Assembly: GCF_003918875.1 (NCBI RefSeq)
Contig: NW_025765958.1
Span: 310,001-374,000, forward strand
DNA from: Haliotis rubra
Taxonomy: Eukaryota
DNA length: 64,000 nt
Direction: 5' to 3'
Under the pieces are notes generated by a model. It saw only the letters and a list, made by a program, of their open reading frames with translations. It did not search any database and was not told where the DNA came from. Within the stretch, counting starts at the first letter, position 1. Each line of letters begins with the position of its first letter. Of this stretch, positions 1-11,914 are shown piece by piece. The position numbers and the translations under genes were made by a program.

Positions 1-1169
1 TGAAGTCGAAGGGCATGTCCAGTTGAAAAAATGCGTTAGAAACAAATTCCTGTACACAATATGACTCTTAATTCCAAAACGCATCAACATGAATCCACGC
101 AAAAAGCGCGAATTTCATTCTAAAATCATACTGACAGTGACATTAAAAGCAGGTGTATGAGAACCGATTCTTATTGCTTCACTAACGATTGTAAAACGAG
201 GACAGAGATGCCGAGGTTAACACCTAACGAAAGAGAACGTACACTAAGCATGAATCAGGTTGGCACCAGCAACAGGGATATTGCTCGACAACTTGGACGT
301 GGCCACTCCACCATCGTTAGGCTTCATAGACGACATCAGTAGACAGGCAGCACCCGTGACCTTCAATGACCTTTTCAGTAAAGGTTACAACAATGGCATG
401 GTGTGGTAGTCACTGACGAGTCACGTCTTCATCTACGTAATGCTGACGGCCGATTACGTGTTTGGCGTAGACGTGGTGAACGTTATGCTGATGAGTGTGT
501 GGTTCAGACAGACCTTTGGGTGTTGAGAGCGTCATGGTCTGGGGTGGAATAAATTACAATCACAGGACTGCCTTCATGTCTGTCAAGGGAGAGTTAATGC
601 CCTTTATTACCGTGAACAGATTCTTCAGAATTACATCGTATCTATCTTCAATCCCCACCAAGATGTCCATACTTTTCAACAGGACAACGCACGGGCACAC
701 ACAAGACTTTCCATGCAGTATCTGGCCCAGCAACACATCCAGGTTATTCATTGGTCAGCACAGTCGCCAGATGTATCCCCCATGGAGCACTTGTTGGACG
801 AATTTGGTCAAAGTCTTTCGCGGCGACAACAGATGCGAAACATCCGGGAACACTAGGCTGCACTACTGCAGAAGTGGAATGCCATCCTCAAGAACTGTAT
901 TCGGACGCTTATTGACTCAATGATGAGACGTTGAACTGCATGTGTCACTGCAAATGGCGGTCACAGGCGATATTGACTTTTCGGTTTGACCCCACGTGTG
1001 TTTGATCCTTTCTGACTGTGGAACATTTCAATGAAAGAGCGTCTTTTCTGTGTTGTCGTTTTGGTCGGTCGTCCAGCTGTTATTATCCACTCAAAAAATA
1101 TCAATTCCTTACACGGGCTTTTAATAATCTGAACTTTTATAAGTGGTGCGTTTTCAATGATGTTCAGTA
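1..1169 (+). mobile_element. Decayed Tc1/mariner DNA transposon (left end outside window)
   Basis: HTH-like start MPRLTPNERER...DIARQLG at 208. Across frameshifts, the transposase motifs TDESR, RVWRRRGERY, VMVWGGI, FQQDNARAH, SPDVSPMEH and ANGGHRRY* (stop at ~976) are readable. Right terminus ...gcgttttcaatgatgttcagta is followed by TA. Confidence 0.9.
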
Positions 1170-1205
1170 TATAACTAAAAAAAACTCTTCTTAACTCATC
1201 AGTAC

Positions 1206-1638
1206 GTAAGTCCCGAAACATTCCAAGGCAATTTAAATTTACCAGATTTTTAAATGTAGCATTTTTGTCGTTTTAAGTTTGGCAAAACTCGACCAAAAGC
1301 GCCAGCTGCTGAAGGGTTGATATAAATCCAGCTAGGGTCCATGTAGGTAGCCAAAGTACTGTAAGTCCCCATGGTCCCTAGAATGGTGATCTACCTTCAG
1401 CTGCTGGTGATCTATAGCCCGTTTTTATATTGTATCGTTGTTTATAGTGATATATTTTTTATGATAGTGTACTAGTTTTAAACTAAGAGCTGTGATACTC
1501 TAGTAGTTTTACTGTCTTTCGATGACAGATTGTTTATGTTCTCAATTTATTGATTTTAATGTTGATATAGATTAAATTGTTCTCGTCACGATATATAATA
1601 TTGTCGATGTGACTTTAAATATTAGCTCAATCACCCAC
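1206..1638 (+). mobile_element. 5'-truncated retroposon (family D, LINE 3'-UTR-like, (ACTC)n tail)
   Basis: Aligns with 47579-47931. Flanked by a 17-bp TSD with one mismatch, tcttaactcatca(g/a)tac, at 1189-1205 and 1639-1655. Confidence 0.8.
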
Positions 1639-1759
1639 TCTTAACTCATCAATACTGTGTGTGGTTGTAAATTCAAATGTAATTTAGGTGAGTTATTTGT
1701 TTAACAACGTCAAAATTGGCGAACAAACAAGTACCACACTATGTTGATTTCCACTAAGA

Positions 1760-1918
1760 TAGACTTAGGACAAGTCAGAACCTATCCTGGTATTTGTCCT
1801 AAGTTAGGATATCCTAGCGTTAGGATAGCTTTCGAGAATAAGATAGGACACCTCTCCTAGACTATAGGCTCAAAGTTAGGATATCCTAGGGCTAGGATCC
1901 TTTCGAGAATAGGGTCCA
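1760..1918. repeat. Internally repetitive MITE-like remnant
   Basis: Duplicated aagttaggatatcctag...ctttcgagaata at about 1801-1839 and 1873-1911. The right end resembles the terminus of the MITE at 59381-59487. Confidence 0.4.
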
Positions 1919-2385
1919 GGGTGGTTTCGATAAGGCATATTCCAAATCAAACGTCCAATGTCAAATGTGTTCATTCGATCGCATTCTTCGTGCAGGGCAG
2001 CGCCAAAGTTAGTCACCAGGATTCCGCCCACACCCTTACTGGGCCACCCCCAAAACAATCGTTCTGCCTAGCGTTAAGGTTACGTCGACAATACGTGTAA
2101 CTGCGACTGTCAAGGAAACTCAGAGCAAACCTTTGTTCATCCGAAAACATAACAGAGTAAATAGTTTGTCACATAACATGAAGGCCATCCAGGCAACAAT
2201 ATATAGAAACGCTTGACACTATATCTTGTTCACAGATAACAGTATAACAGTCTTTACGACAAGATCCTATAAAAATAGATATCAGCCTAACAGGCAAGGT
2301 AGTGTCATCTATCTAATTACCCCGTCACAGAAGATGTCGATAACAAAACTTTTATATTGTGAGGTACTATCAAAGCTTTCTATGT

Positions 2386-2522
2386 GATTTAAATTTTGTA
2401 ATAAGACACATGTATATAGAGTACATCGAGTCTTGTTGCTGCGAATGAATCATCAATAATATTATCGCAGCAACAAGACGTGACGTACTCTATATACATG
2501 TCTAATTACAAAATTTAAATCA
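2386..2522. repeat. Imperfect inverted repeat (~58-bp arms, 20-bp spacer)
   Basis: 2386-2444 is the reverse complement of 2465-2522 apart from small differences. Confidence 0.9.
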
Positions 2523-3168
2523 GCATTGTTATTAACACTGTTTTGTGCTCATTTACGCATTTGCTCTCTTTTTGTCACGCGTAAATACATAATTTATTTC
2601 ATCAATGTCTCTCTGCATAAGAAAATTATATAGGGTGATATGCATTTTATTACGTGATTGAGACAATGCTTCTGTCGCAGAAACAGGCTATCCAAGCATA
2701 AATACCAATCACACCTTCCGTGGAGACTGATTAAACTCTTACGCTAACATGCCTTTATTGAACCCACCGATCTTTTGAACCACTAAGTTAATTTATTTTC
2801 ATCTTGACGAATAATCGAAAGTACCTAATTAACCCACCTGCAACCAGGATGCAGCCTATTACTTCGTCTTGTCATCATACTTAAGGCGTCTGGTGCTCAC
2901 CCCAGCAACAATGGCGAACGATGGTAAATGATGCATTTATTGTACAAGGCGTTGTCTAGTGTCTCTCATGATGTGGAAGATTAGACTTCGTGGTGATAAA
3001 GCACTCACAGTTTCTATCAAGTAAGAGGAAACGAATTTAGATTGGAGTACTAGGCGACATTTGAAAAATAGAGCTATCCCTCGATATTAGTGTCTCAGAT
3101 TGATGCCATTTTAGGGCAGGGAACACTCACCGTTTCGCTAACACCTTGTATAAACAATATTTGATAGT

Positions 3169-3497
3169 GCGGTGAGGTGAGGTGAAATTGGGTTTAACGT
3201 CGTGAGTGAGAATATTTCGCTCACATGACGACGTGCATGCGTGTGTATGTGTATGTGTGGCTGCTTGTACTAGACCAGACTGAAGCTGGTTTTATAGTGC
3301 TAGCCCACTGAGATACCATGTCGCAGTGAAGCATGAATACCCCACTCAGACACTTTATACTGACTCCGAGGCGACCAGTCCTTGTTGTACCCATTAATGC
3401 CGAGCGCCAGGCAGGGACCAAAAGTACAATATTTTAACGTCTTTTGGTATGACGCGGTCGGGGATCGAACCCGCGACCTTCCGATCTCCGGGCGGAC
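3169..3497 (-). mobile_element. tRNA-headed SINE, family A (Meta/MESC-like central domain), slightly 5'-truncated
   Basis: B-box ggttcgatccc, central gtcataccaaaagacgttaaaa and a (CACCT)n tail. TSD atatttga(t/a)agt at 3157-3168 and 3498-3509. Empty site at about 13992 in copy B. Confidence 0.9.
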
Positions 3498-3891
3498 ATA
3501 TTTGAAAGTAATTTGTAGACACATAATATACTCTTGATATACTTCGGAATAGTACAAACGACTGTTTTTAGAGACATCTAATGAATATGAAATAAAATCG
3601 TCTTGAACGATTGACATTTAATGGAGTCATAAATTTAAGTGTAATGTATCTAGAACAATGTGCGATTCATATCTCAGCTTGATGTACGCAACTTAAAAGT
3701 TTTCCTGTGTCCTGTCATTCGTCTTCAATTTTCTTCAATTTAAAACTGATTTGATATAATTTTGTATCTAATGTTAGGTACCTATGTAATACCGTTTTGT
3801 AACCTATTATTGATAACACAAGAACGAGGAACGTGGCATTTAAATGTGGACTTGAGATCTCTGAGAACCTCTTTTGAATTCGTAATATTAA

Positions 3892-3984
3892 CTCTTGCTT
3901 GACAACGGTATAAGAATCCATACCGAAACGTCGCATCATATATAATAAAAGAAGTTGTTATCCATAAACAATCTTACTTTCTTA
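3892..3984 (+). mobile_element. 93-bp Penelope-like pLTR-derived insertion carrying a hammerhead motif
   Basis: Perfect 12-bp TSD tcgtaatattaa at 3880-3891 and 3985-3996. Absent from the paralogous site at about 14351-14365. AATAAA lies downstream of the ribozyme motif. Confidence 0.85.
3896..3935 (+). ncRNA. Minimal type I hammerhead ribozyme (U3-A8 variant)
   Basis: tgc-TTGACAA-c-ggtat[aagaatcc]atacc-GAAA-cGTC-gca. This gives stem I, the core, a 5-bp stem II and a palindromic ACGT stem III, with predicted cleavage after C3932. Confidence 0.8.
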
Positions 3985-6210
3985 TCGTAATATTAAGACA
4001 AAAACTGTTTGCTTTAGTTGGAAATCTAAAAGATCCAAGAGCTATCTAATATTAATTTAAGTATATATGCAAACGTTCTTAAAGCCCCTCACATTTCAGA
4101 GTCCTTGAGAACCTTGAAACGGAAACCAATCGAGACAATGCGGTATGTTAATCAATAACAATGCAGCTCACATTATAGATCGTCTTTGTGACAGAAAATC
4201 TCCGTTTTACATCTGTCATATCCTTGAACTACTACAAACCAGCAAAATATATTTCCCGAAAATAATACGTCTTTACTAATTGTATCTTGGTAAGGAGGAT
4301 CATAAGTCAATCCTAGTACTTAGGGAGTTTCTGTATTGATCCTTGTAGAAAGCACTGGTTTAGCTGTCCCAGTCGCGATTTTATGCAGGCTTTCGTGTCG
4401 TAACTAGAATATCACTGAGGCGTAGACAATAAAAGTAGAAACCATGTTATAATGATGTGTATCCATGTTATTATTTAAGGCAGATCGATAGCACCCGAGC
4501 TTCACACATGTAATGGGTGATATCTGATGGAAGACAAGTGGTCTCATTTCTCTTGATATAGAAAAGGCAACGTTTCATGTAAACAGTTGGCATTAGTAGA
4601 TGTATACTCAGCACACATAGAATGGAATGCAACACTGAAAACACGTGCAAACATTATATAGTTTCGTTCGTTAAGCGTCACATTGCCACTGTTAGATATG
4701 GGTAAATGTAACTGGTGGTGAAGACTGATTGTCTTGTTTACGCCACCAGCATAAGTAATCATGCTGTCTCACGGCAACAGATCATCATGTAAGGACATTG
4801 TCAGAACCTATTAATCCCCGCTGTCACTATACGACAACACACAGACAGCACGGAATATCTAAAATCACCCCACTGGTAGTGACAAGGAATGCACACAGAC
4901 GCGTAAACATTTTAAAAAACTGTGAACGTCTGCCTCTCAAGTTTACAACCTCATTGTTCCTAAGTATGTAAATATGTCTTGAATAGCTGCGCCTTCAGGT
5001 AGTAGTTTGGGGTTGCCAGACAGATGTTTCTTGTCAGCTTACAATATTGTCATACTGCTACATAGTTCTGACAACATCTAATTGTCCTCACACCAGACAA
5101 CCTAACACCAAGATGTATTCAGCTGTTAGCTACTGACAGACATAGGACGCAAGCCAAACTATATTTTTTGCGTCATGAGTCTACAAATAAGTTATCATGC
5201 TTCGTTACGTCATCTATCACCATATATTTTAGGGCTGTTAAGCTGAACCCGAAGTCGAATATGGTTCGAATTTGATACGGTCACCAAATTTGGTACCAGG
5301 ATTTTAATGACGTAAGGTTAAGTGTTTGAATCCATTTAGCATATATAATCAGGTTGCGCAAAGACTCAAGACAAACCAAAGCCATTATTCGGTTGATCAA
5401 CATGGCAAATGATGAGTAAATAGGTTTCAATTATTTAACATTGGTGAATCAATTTTTGGCTTCAGTCAAGATTCCAATTAATGGGTTTTTTAAATTGCAC
5501 AGAAAGGCAGCATTTTATGATACAACTAAGATCGTGTCGTTTTAGAAATTTAAACCTTCGCGATATATTTCATATGTATTGACCTTTTGTAACCAAACGT
5601 GTTGCAGTACGTACTGAATGAATCGAATCCACTCCTCTTCAGTTCATGAAAGCTTTATTGTCAAAGTCGATTTAGGAATAATACTTATTATCAACTATTT
5701 TATCTTATGAGATACTATGTATGCGCTTTTTATTCCCCCGGCATGTAATGCGGGGCATATAGTCAACGCCTCGTCTGTCCTTCCGTCCGTAAGTAATCAT
5801 TTTGTTTCCGGAACAGAACGTAAAGTGTTGCATTTTGCTATTTGCATATTTTTTGTTATTTTTATTTTTCTTGGTTGCCATGGAAACCGTTCATTATCTT
5901 TCAACAAAACTTGGCAGATATATCAAACAAACCCTAAAGTGGTACCTTATGCTATTTACAGATTTTTAATTTTTATTTTTCTTGGTTGCCATGGAAACGT
6001 TTTGGACGTAGTCTCAAAAGGGAAGTGTGTGCTTCGTTTCCGGAGCACAACTCGAAAACCGTTCAATATCTTTCCACAAGACTTGGCAGATATATCAACC
6101 AGATCTTGAAGTGTTGCCTTTTACTATTTGCAGATGTTTGTCATTTACATTTGTCATGATTTCCATGGAAACGATGGAACTTATTCTAAAAAAATCAAGT
6201 CGGACTTTAA

Positions 6211-6646
6211 AGGGATACTGATCCAAAGCGATTAATGTTTCTCGCCAACCATCTATTTACTATAACAAACTGCAAGCTGGTCAGTACCAGCTCCCTCGAC
6301 GGTGACGGGCACGGGGACTTCAGCCTAAACAGTGGGACATAAGGAAGGGTGGATGCCTTTAGATGCCGTTATTTGAAAATATCCCGGGTAGTTCTTGTCC
6401 GATTGGAATAAAGTATCCCAGCAGGTTTTATTTTGTTATTCATAATAATGAAGATGGAAATATTATCGAGTGAAAAAGATTTCATCTTTGTGATCAATCT
6501 ATACTTATCCTATCAATTGCGCATGCGGGTGGCGCAGCAGAGATGGCATACCACACAAGAATCCTGGGATATCGTCCGGGTACTCACGGGAGAAAAACAA
6601 AAACAAAAGCAATAACCAGTTCACAGTTCTCTGGATCAGTGCCGCT
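6211..6646. mobile_element. Non-autonomous TTAA-flanked TIR element (Kolobok-like)
   Basis: TTAA|agggatactgatcca ... tggatcagtgccgct|TTAA, an imperfect ~15-bp TIR with purine-purine 5' ends. Confidence 0.65.
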
Positions 6647-6650
6647 TTAA

Positions 6651-8383
6651 AGGGCAAGTGTACACGAAAATTAACCTTTTTGTCTTGCACTTTTTCATCA
6701 TAAAAAGTGTTTGTCAAGTAGTTTTGTAACCCAAACGGTACACATATTAGAAGTAGCTAATTTAATTTTTGCGTTATATCGATTCAAATTTTCCACATTA
6801 ACCTAGAGTTATATGTCCATAATAAACACACCATGGCTTACGTCCCTTGAAAATGACGTCATTGGTGCCCGACTGATAAACGAATGACGTTGTTAGAACT
6901 TATCAGACCCATTTCACGTGGTGCAGGTGTGGTTCTTGTGTCTCGATGCGCAGGCTACTGTTTTAATCGAGCTGTTGCCAGGCCGTCAGCTGGCTATGTG
7001 GTCAGTTCCATACTATGATGATGTTGCAGTTTGGAAAAAATGTATACATTGTACAAACAGTGTTATCACGTAACCAAATTGTACAACATTCAACCTGAGT
7101 CGGTCGTCTTTCAATAGTATCGTTTTTCACAAAAACTGAAACGTTTATGCACTACATCTAGCTTGCCATCGGTGAATGTATCGGCATTCTACTTTTGTTA
7201 CATAAATTCCTAAATAAATCGTAAATATATGTCCCACCTCTTCCTCTCTTCCCACCTATCAATACCATATCCAAATACATCACGAAGAAAAAATGCAATT
7301 GGCTGTCTTTAATTCTGTTTGAAATTTGGTTTTCTATGACGTCATCCGCTCATTGTAAGGCAGATATACTGACAATTACATGCATCGTAAATCTGGCCAG
7401 TTTTGACACATTACGAAATACACACAGTTAATGTCAAATTGAATTTTCAGCCATACTGGAGAGTGTTTATAAAATCATCACACACTTACACGAATCCCTG
7501 AATTCCTCTTATGTTCAAATGGTCTTTGTCACCAATACCAAGTGTTTCAGTTTCTAACGAAATATATCAGATGATGCGCCATATGTAAACAAAGTCGTGA
7601 TCTGTTCGCCTACTTTGTTTATGCTCATTAGTTTTAAAATCACGATAGTTAAATAAAATAGGTGTATTCCAATGATTTCCGAGATTCATCACAACATTTG
7701 ATAGTTTCTGAAAGCGTGACGCCATGACTGATGAAAAATTCACGCACACCGACGATGGAAGTTCTCCTCATTTCTGACTCTTTCCCTTGGTCACAATGAA
7801 AACAAAAAGAAAATAAGAACCAGCAGATGGTCAGAATGTTTCGGACTACTTACATGTCACATTTATGTATACACGTTACTTGAAACAACGAAATTTCCCG
7901 TCGAAAAATCCGGCGTACTCGTGTCAGTGAACACGCCATTTTCCCGATGTGATGTCATACGTACGTCAATATTGTTACACATATTTGGTATTTTCATTGA
8001 CGTGAGGTTATGAATGAAAATACACACGATCAATCTGTCCTGCTGCTTACATTTTCAGTTCTTATGCTTCTTTCGTATTTTCACAAACTTTTCGCACGTA
8101 ATTAAGTTCAGTATTATTATCTTTTGGTTTGGGACTAGACAGGAGACCAGTCTAAAATTAAGTGGCGCCAAATACGTCATAATCAAAGGGCGGTAACTCT
8201 GGCCTGTTTAGCTCGGCAAACAAGGACCGCATGATGGCATAACATTTCAGCACTTATTTTGAAGGTTATACTTTCATTGTAAGAAAATGAGTGTATGATT
8301 TCAAACATTGATATTAAATAATTAAAATATTTCATTTTGTTGCATATAGGAATAAATGTGAGTTTATCGTGTACACTTCCCCT
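6651..8383. mobile_element. Non-autonomous TTAA-flanked TIR element (Kolobok-like), 1.73 kb
   Basis: TTAA|agggcaagtgtacacga ... tcgtgtacacttcccct|TTAA, a 17-bp TIR with one mismatch. Confidence 0.8.
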
Positions 8384-11009
8384 TTAAGTAACTGTCAGAT
8401 TATTTGTTCTTTCAAATTTGTGGGGACCAGGGGATTTGTCATCTTCTGGATGTTGTCGGAAGCATAGATCAATGGGTTTAGCAGAGAATGTATGATTATG
8501 AAAACGGATTTTGTCGTTTTTATATTCATATTCCATTTAGTATTTTAACCTATATTTGTGTTTGAAGGTTGCTCATGGATTAGTTGGTCAATATATAATT
8601 ATATATCTATATGTTATAGCTTGATTGTACATAAGACGGTGGACGGTATAGAATCAAATGAAAGAACAAACTCAACCCTAACCACTTCTTTCTTATGTTT
8701 TCATTTATATATTCTATTATGGTTCATTCTATAGATACGTGGGATGCAATTATGAATAACGAGATGTGCAAAGAACTTATTGAGTAATTAATGAATTTCC
8801 TCACAAATCATTTTCTAACCAGGTTTTTCTCTTAACTTCACAAGAGGAACCAGAATCTAATAATTTTAGTCAATGTACAGTGTAACCCTGTCAATCACGG
8901 GCATAAAACATAAAACACTTTCATTCACTTTTAAAAGCAAAAAAAATTAAAAAAATACAACATATGTGATGAACAATTAGATGATGTTCACCAGTTAATG
9001 CAATTACATTAATGCAGTTAAATTATCAAAGAAGCTGTTTGTGTTATTAACAACTTACTCCCGGGGGGATAGTATTTGTATTGTAACTACGGACATACTA
9101 ATTCCCTGTCAAACTAAATCTCGGGTACTTTTTGTTACTTCAAATATTGGAAATGATAGCTCATTAGGTCGATTTCATGTGATGCACATTTCTGGGGGGA
9201 ATAACAATAACTTCAGTTGCTGTATTACTCGAATAACACAATCTAATGTCAACGCGTTTGGTGTACTTTAATTAGCAACATACAATGGGAACAATATTGA
9301 ACTGATGTGATAAGAACCATTCCATATTATGTCATTACATATAATTTAGGGCTGATTTAGATCATATGAAAAGGTTGGGCGGTGCAAAGATTATCGATCT
9401 GATGACAATCAGTACTGAGCACTCGTGGCCTTGATTTCTTACATCACAGGAACCTTATTAGTTTTTCAAAAGGATGTTTACCATTCGGCATTAATTTAAG
9501 AATTCTAACGATCCACAAAACAACCTCGTACATAATGCCATGATCTGTGTTGTACTCGACAAAATAAAAACACATGATTTTGTATAACAAGCGAGCATTT
9601 ATCTGTTGATCGCCAAACATTCTAGTAGAAGGGTCAAATATATGTGTGTGATATCAGATTACGGCAATTATATCTCCCTAAAGGTTGAAAACTTATTTCG
9701 CTTGTTAATTTCTGATAAATGAAACTCTGAAAGAAGACTTAATTCAACTCCTAAAAATAGTTTCTGGGTGCAAGAATGTGATGGATATCGTATAGATATA
9801 GAAAGTCAATGCAATGAAAACCCAGTCTTGACTATCCAAAGGAACAATTTAAGTTTTGGTATAAAGGAAAAACTAGCTGAGAAACATATATGAATGGATA
9901 ACTGAAAATCAGTGATGACAGCAGGTGTCCGCGAAAAGGGTAAGCATGTCCTGTAAGGTATCATATTTGGGTGAGTGAATGGGTTATATTGCATCGTCGC
10001 ATCAGCTATATAGCAACGAAAGCACGTTAACATATAAGCAAAGCTTCATTGTTGAAGTATCTTAGTTCCTAAGCATGATCTAATGTATTTGTCTTTGTTA
10101 AAAAACCATCTCATGTATATTCACACGCCTTTAAACTTTCTTAGCGAGTGACAAAAACTAACCATCAGTCAGAATGAAAACAGGGATGACTTTTACAGTG
10201 GAAATGACTAACGAGGAGGATATTTCCGAATGTAATGCATCAGTGAGAAAATGATTGAAGTCCGATGCAATTTCCTATGTGGATTTGTGCCATATGTTCC
10301 TCTGAGTGTTTAGGTGCGTTAAGGTGAACCAGTGACTTTCCTTGCGTGCGTTTGTAATTGTAAAACCAGATTGGCAGTATGCGCTCTCTGTTTCGTGACA
10401 CTCACTACTAGTCATTCATAAGCATACAGTATAATATAGTCGGAATCGTACAATGGACTTTAATAGAACAATCGTTCTCATGATAAGGGACATTTTGGGT
10501 TTGTTCGTTTTGTCATATGTATTACAATCTTAATAGATATTATTATAACAGAGCTTCTTGTCTGCGCTAACGTTAGTTGAAAAGAATACCGTCTACTGAT
10601 TTTTAAAAGTAATGGACATTTGGTTTGATTTATTCAAGCAAGAGACGTGGACATATTGATATTCAATATTGATTCAAGGAATGATAAGTGTGCGTACTGC
10701 CTGTATAAACACAATGAAGGACCGAAAGCTACAAATGCTTATTATTATTCGCCAGCTGTCTTCACATTGTCATCTGAGTGGTGCCATATCTTAACTTCCC
10801 ACCCAACTACACACTAAAATATATATGCACATCACATGATATCGACAGGGTCACCGGTATATCTGCTTCCCTGTTGTCTTAGTATTCAATTTCAAACTGC
10901 CAAACCCATTGTTGTTAAGTTATACATGTATGTCACCAGCTTTACACTGGCAAATATAAACGACAAAACTATTTTCATAATCATCAGAAATATTGGCTTA
11001 ACGTCGTGT

Positions 11010-11730
11010 TCATTGAACGATGTCCGTGTTTACCAAACACCATACATAATAAAGGATACCCGATTTGTCCTGGCGCCGCAAAAACCCATACCGAAGTGAC
11101 GGTACTTTCACGTACTTTCCCCAAGGCCAAACCCATAAGAACCCAAGATATGTTGTATGAGGAGCATGTATTACAGTAAGGTGATATGCGGAACGTATAT
11201 CGTACATAACTACCCTATCACCAGCTTTGATACACATGAGGGCAGCTTTCCAGTCATCGTCTTTTACTGGCAAATAAAACATATGTTCGTGTTCCGCAGA
11301 CAAACAAACATTAATTTACTCTTTCCAGAAGATAGAGCGGATTAAGTGCACACAGCCAATCCTCACAGTCCACTTATATTTTTCGACAACTTTACAAAAA
11401 ACAAGATCACATTGGTCCAAGGCTAAACGGATTGATTTCTCCATAGGTGGTGGAGACGAGTAAAATGTATTTTGTATCCACCAGCTATGACATCAAGTAC
11501 AAACTGAGCAGGACCAATGACATACAAGAACTGTATGCAAGCAAAATCTGTTTCAGCTTTAAGTATCTGAATTTCATCCAAATATGTCCTGATATCAATA
11601 TGCACATACTTCTTGAAATCTGGTATTAAAGTCACCCACAACAGCTTCCCTAAATCCTGTTCTTCATCCTCCGATAAGTAACACTTATCAAGCAAAGTCT
11701 CCTTTTCCCAACCTACATCCATGTAAGTAT
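11010..11730 (-). pseudogene. DIRS/Ngaro-type reverse transcriptase remnant
   Basis: The fragments FVLDVIAGGYKIHF and DDWK...YDIRSAYH..IHAPHTTYLGFLW match DIRS-group RT motifs. Frameshifted. Confidence 0.75.
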
Positions 11731-11747
11731 CATCTCCCTTTCCTTGG

Positions 11748-11914
11748 GGGGGCGGTGGGGTAGCCTAGTGGTTAAAGCGTTGGCTCGTCACGCCGAAGAC
11801 CCGGGTTCGATTCCCCACACGGGCACAATGTGTTAAGCCCATTTCTGGTGTCCCCCGCCGTGATATTGCTGGAATATTGCTAAAAGCGGCGTAAAACTAA
11901 ACTCAGTCAGTCAG
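11748..11914 (+). mobile_element. tRNA-derived SINE, family B
   Basis: A-box tagcctagtgg, B-box ggttcgattcc, tRNA-Asp-like gtcacg stretch and (AGTC)n tail. 13-bp TSD tccctttccttgg at 11735-11747 and 11915-11927. Confidence 0.9.

Larger units (their letters stand above)
5727..8455 (+). mobile_element. Helentron/HINE-like non-autonomous element, interrupted by two nested elements
   Basis: T-run start, short hairpin (ccccggcat..atgcgggg), gtctgtcc/gtccgt microsatellite and internal tandem units containing cttggttgccatggaaac (~5870, ~5980, ~6160). The whole interval is absent from copy B. Confidence 0.6.

Noticed and set aside
4544-4762. 72-aa ORF retained in both duplicates (also 14820-15038)
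   Set aside because: All three differences are non-synonymous and no motif is recognisable. Retention is explained by DNA identity.
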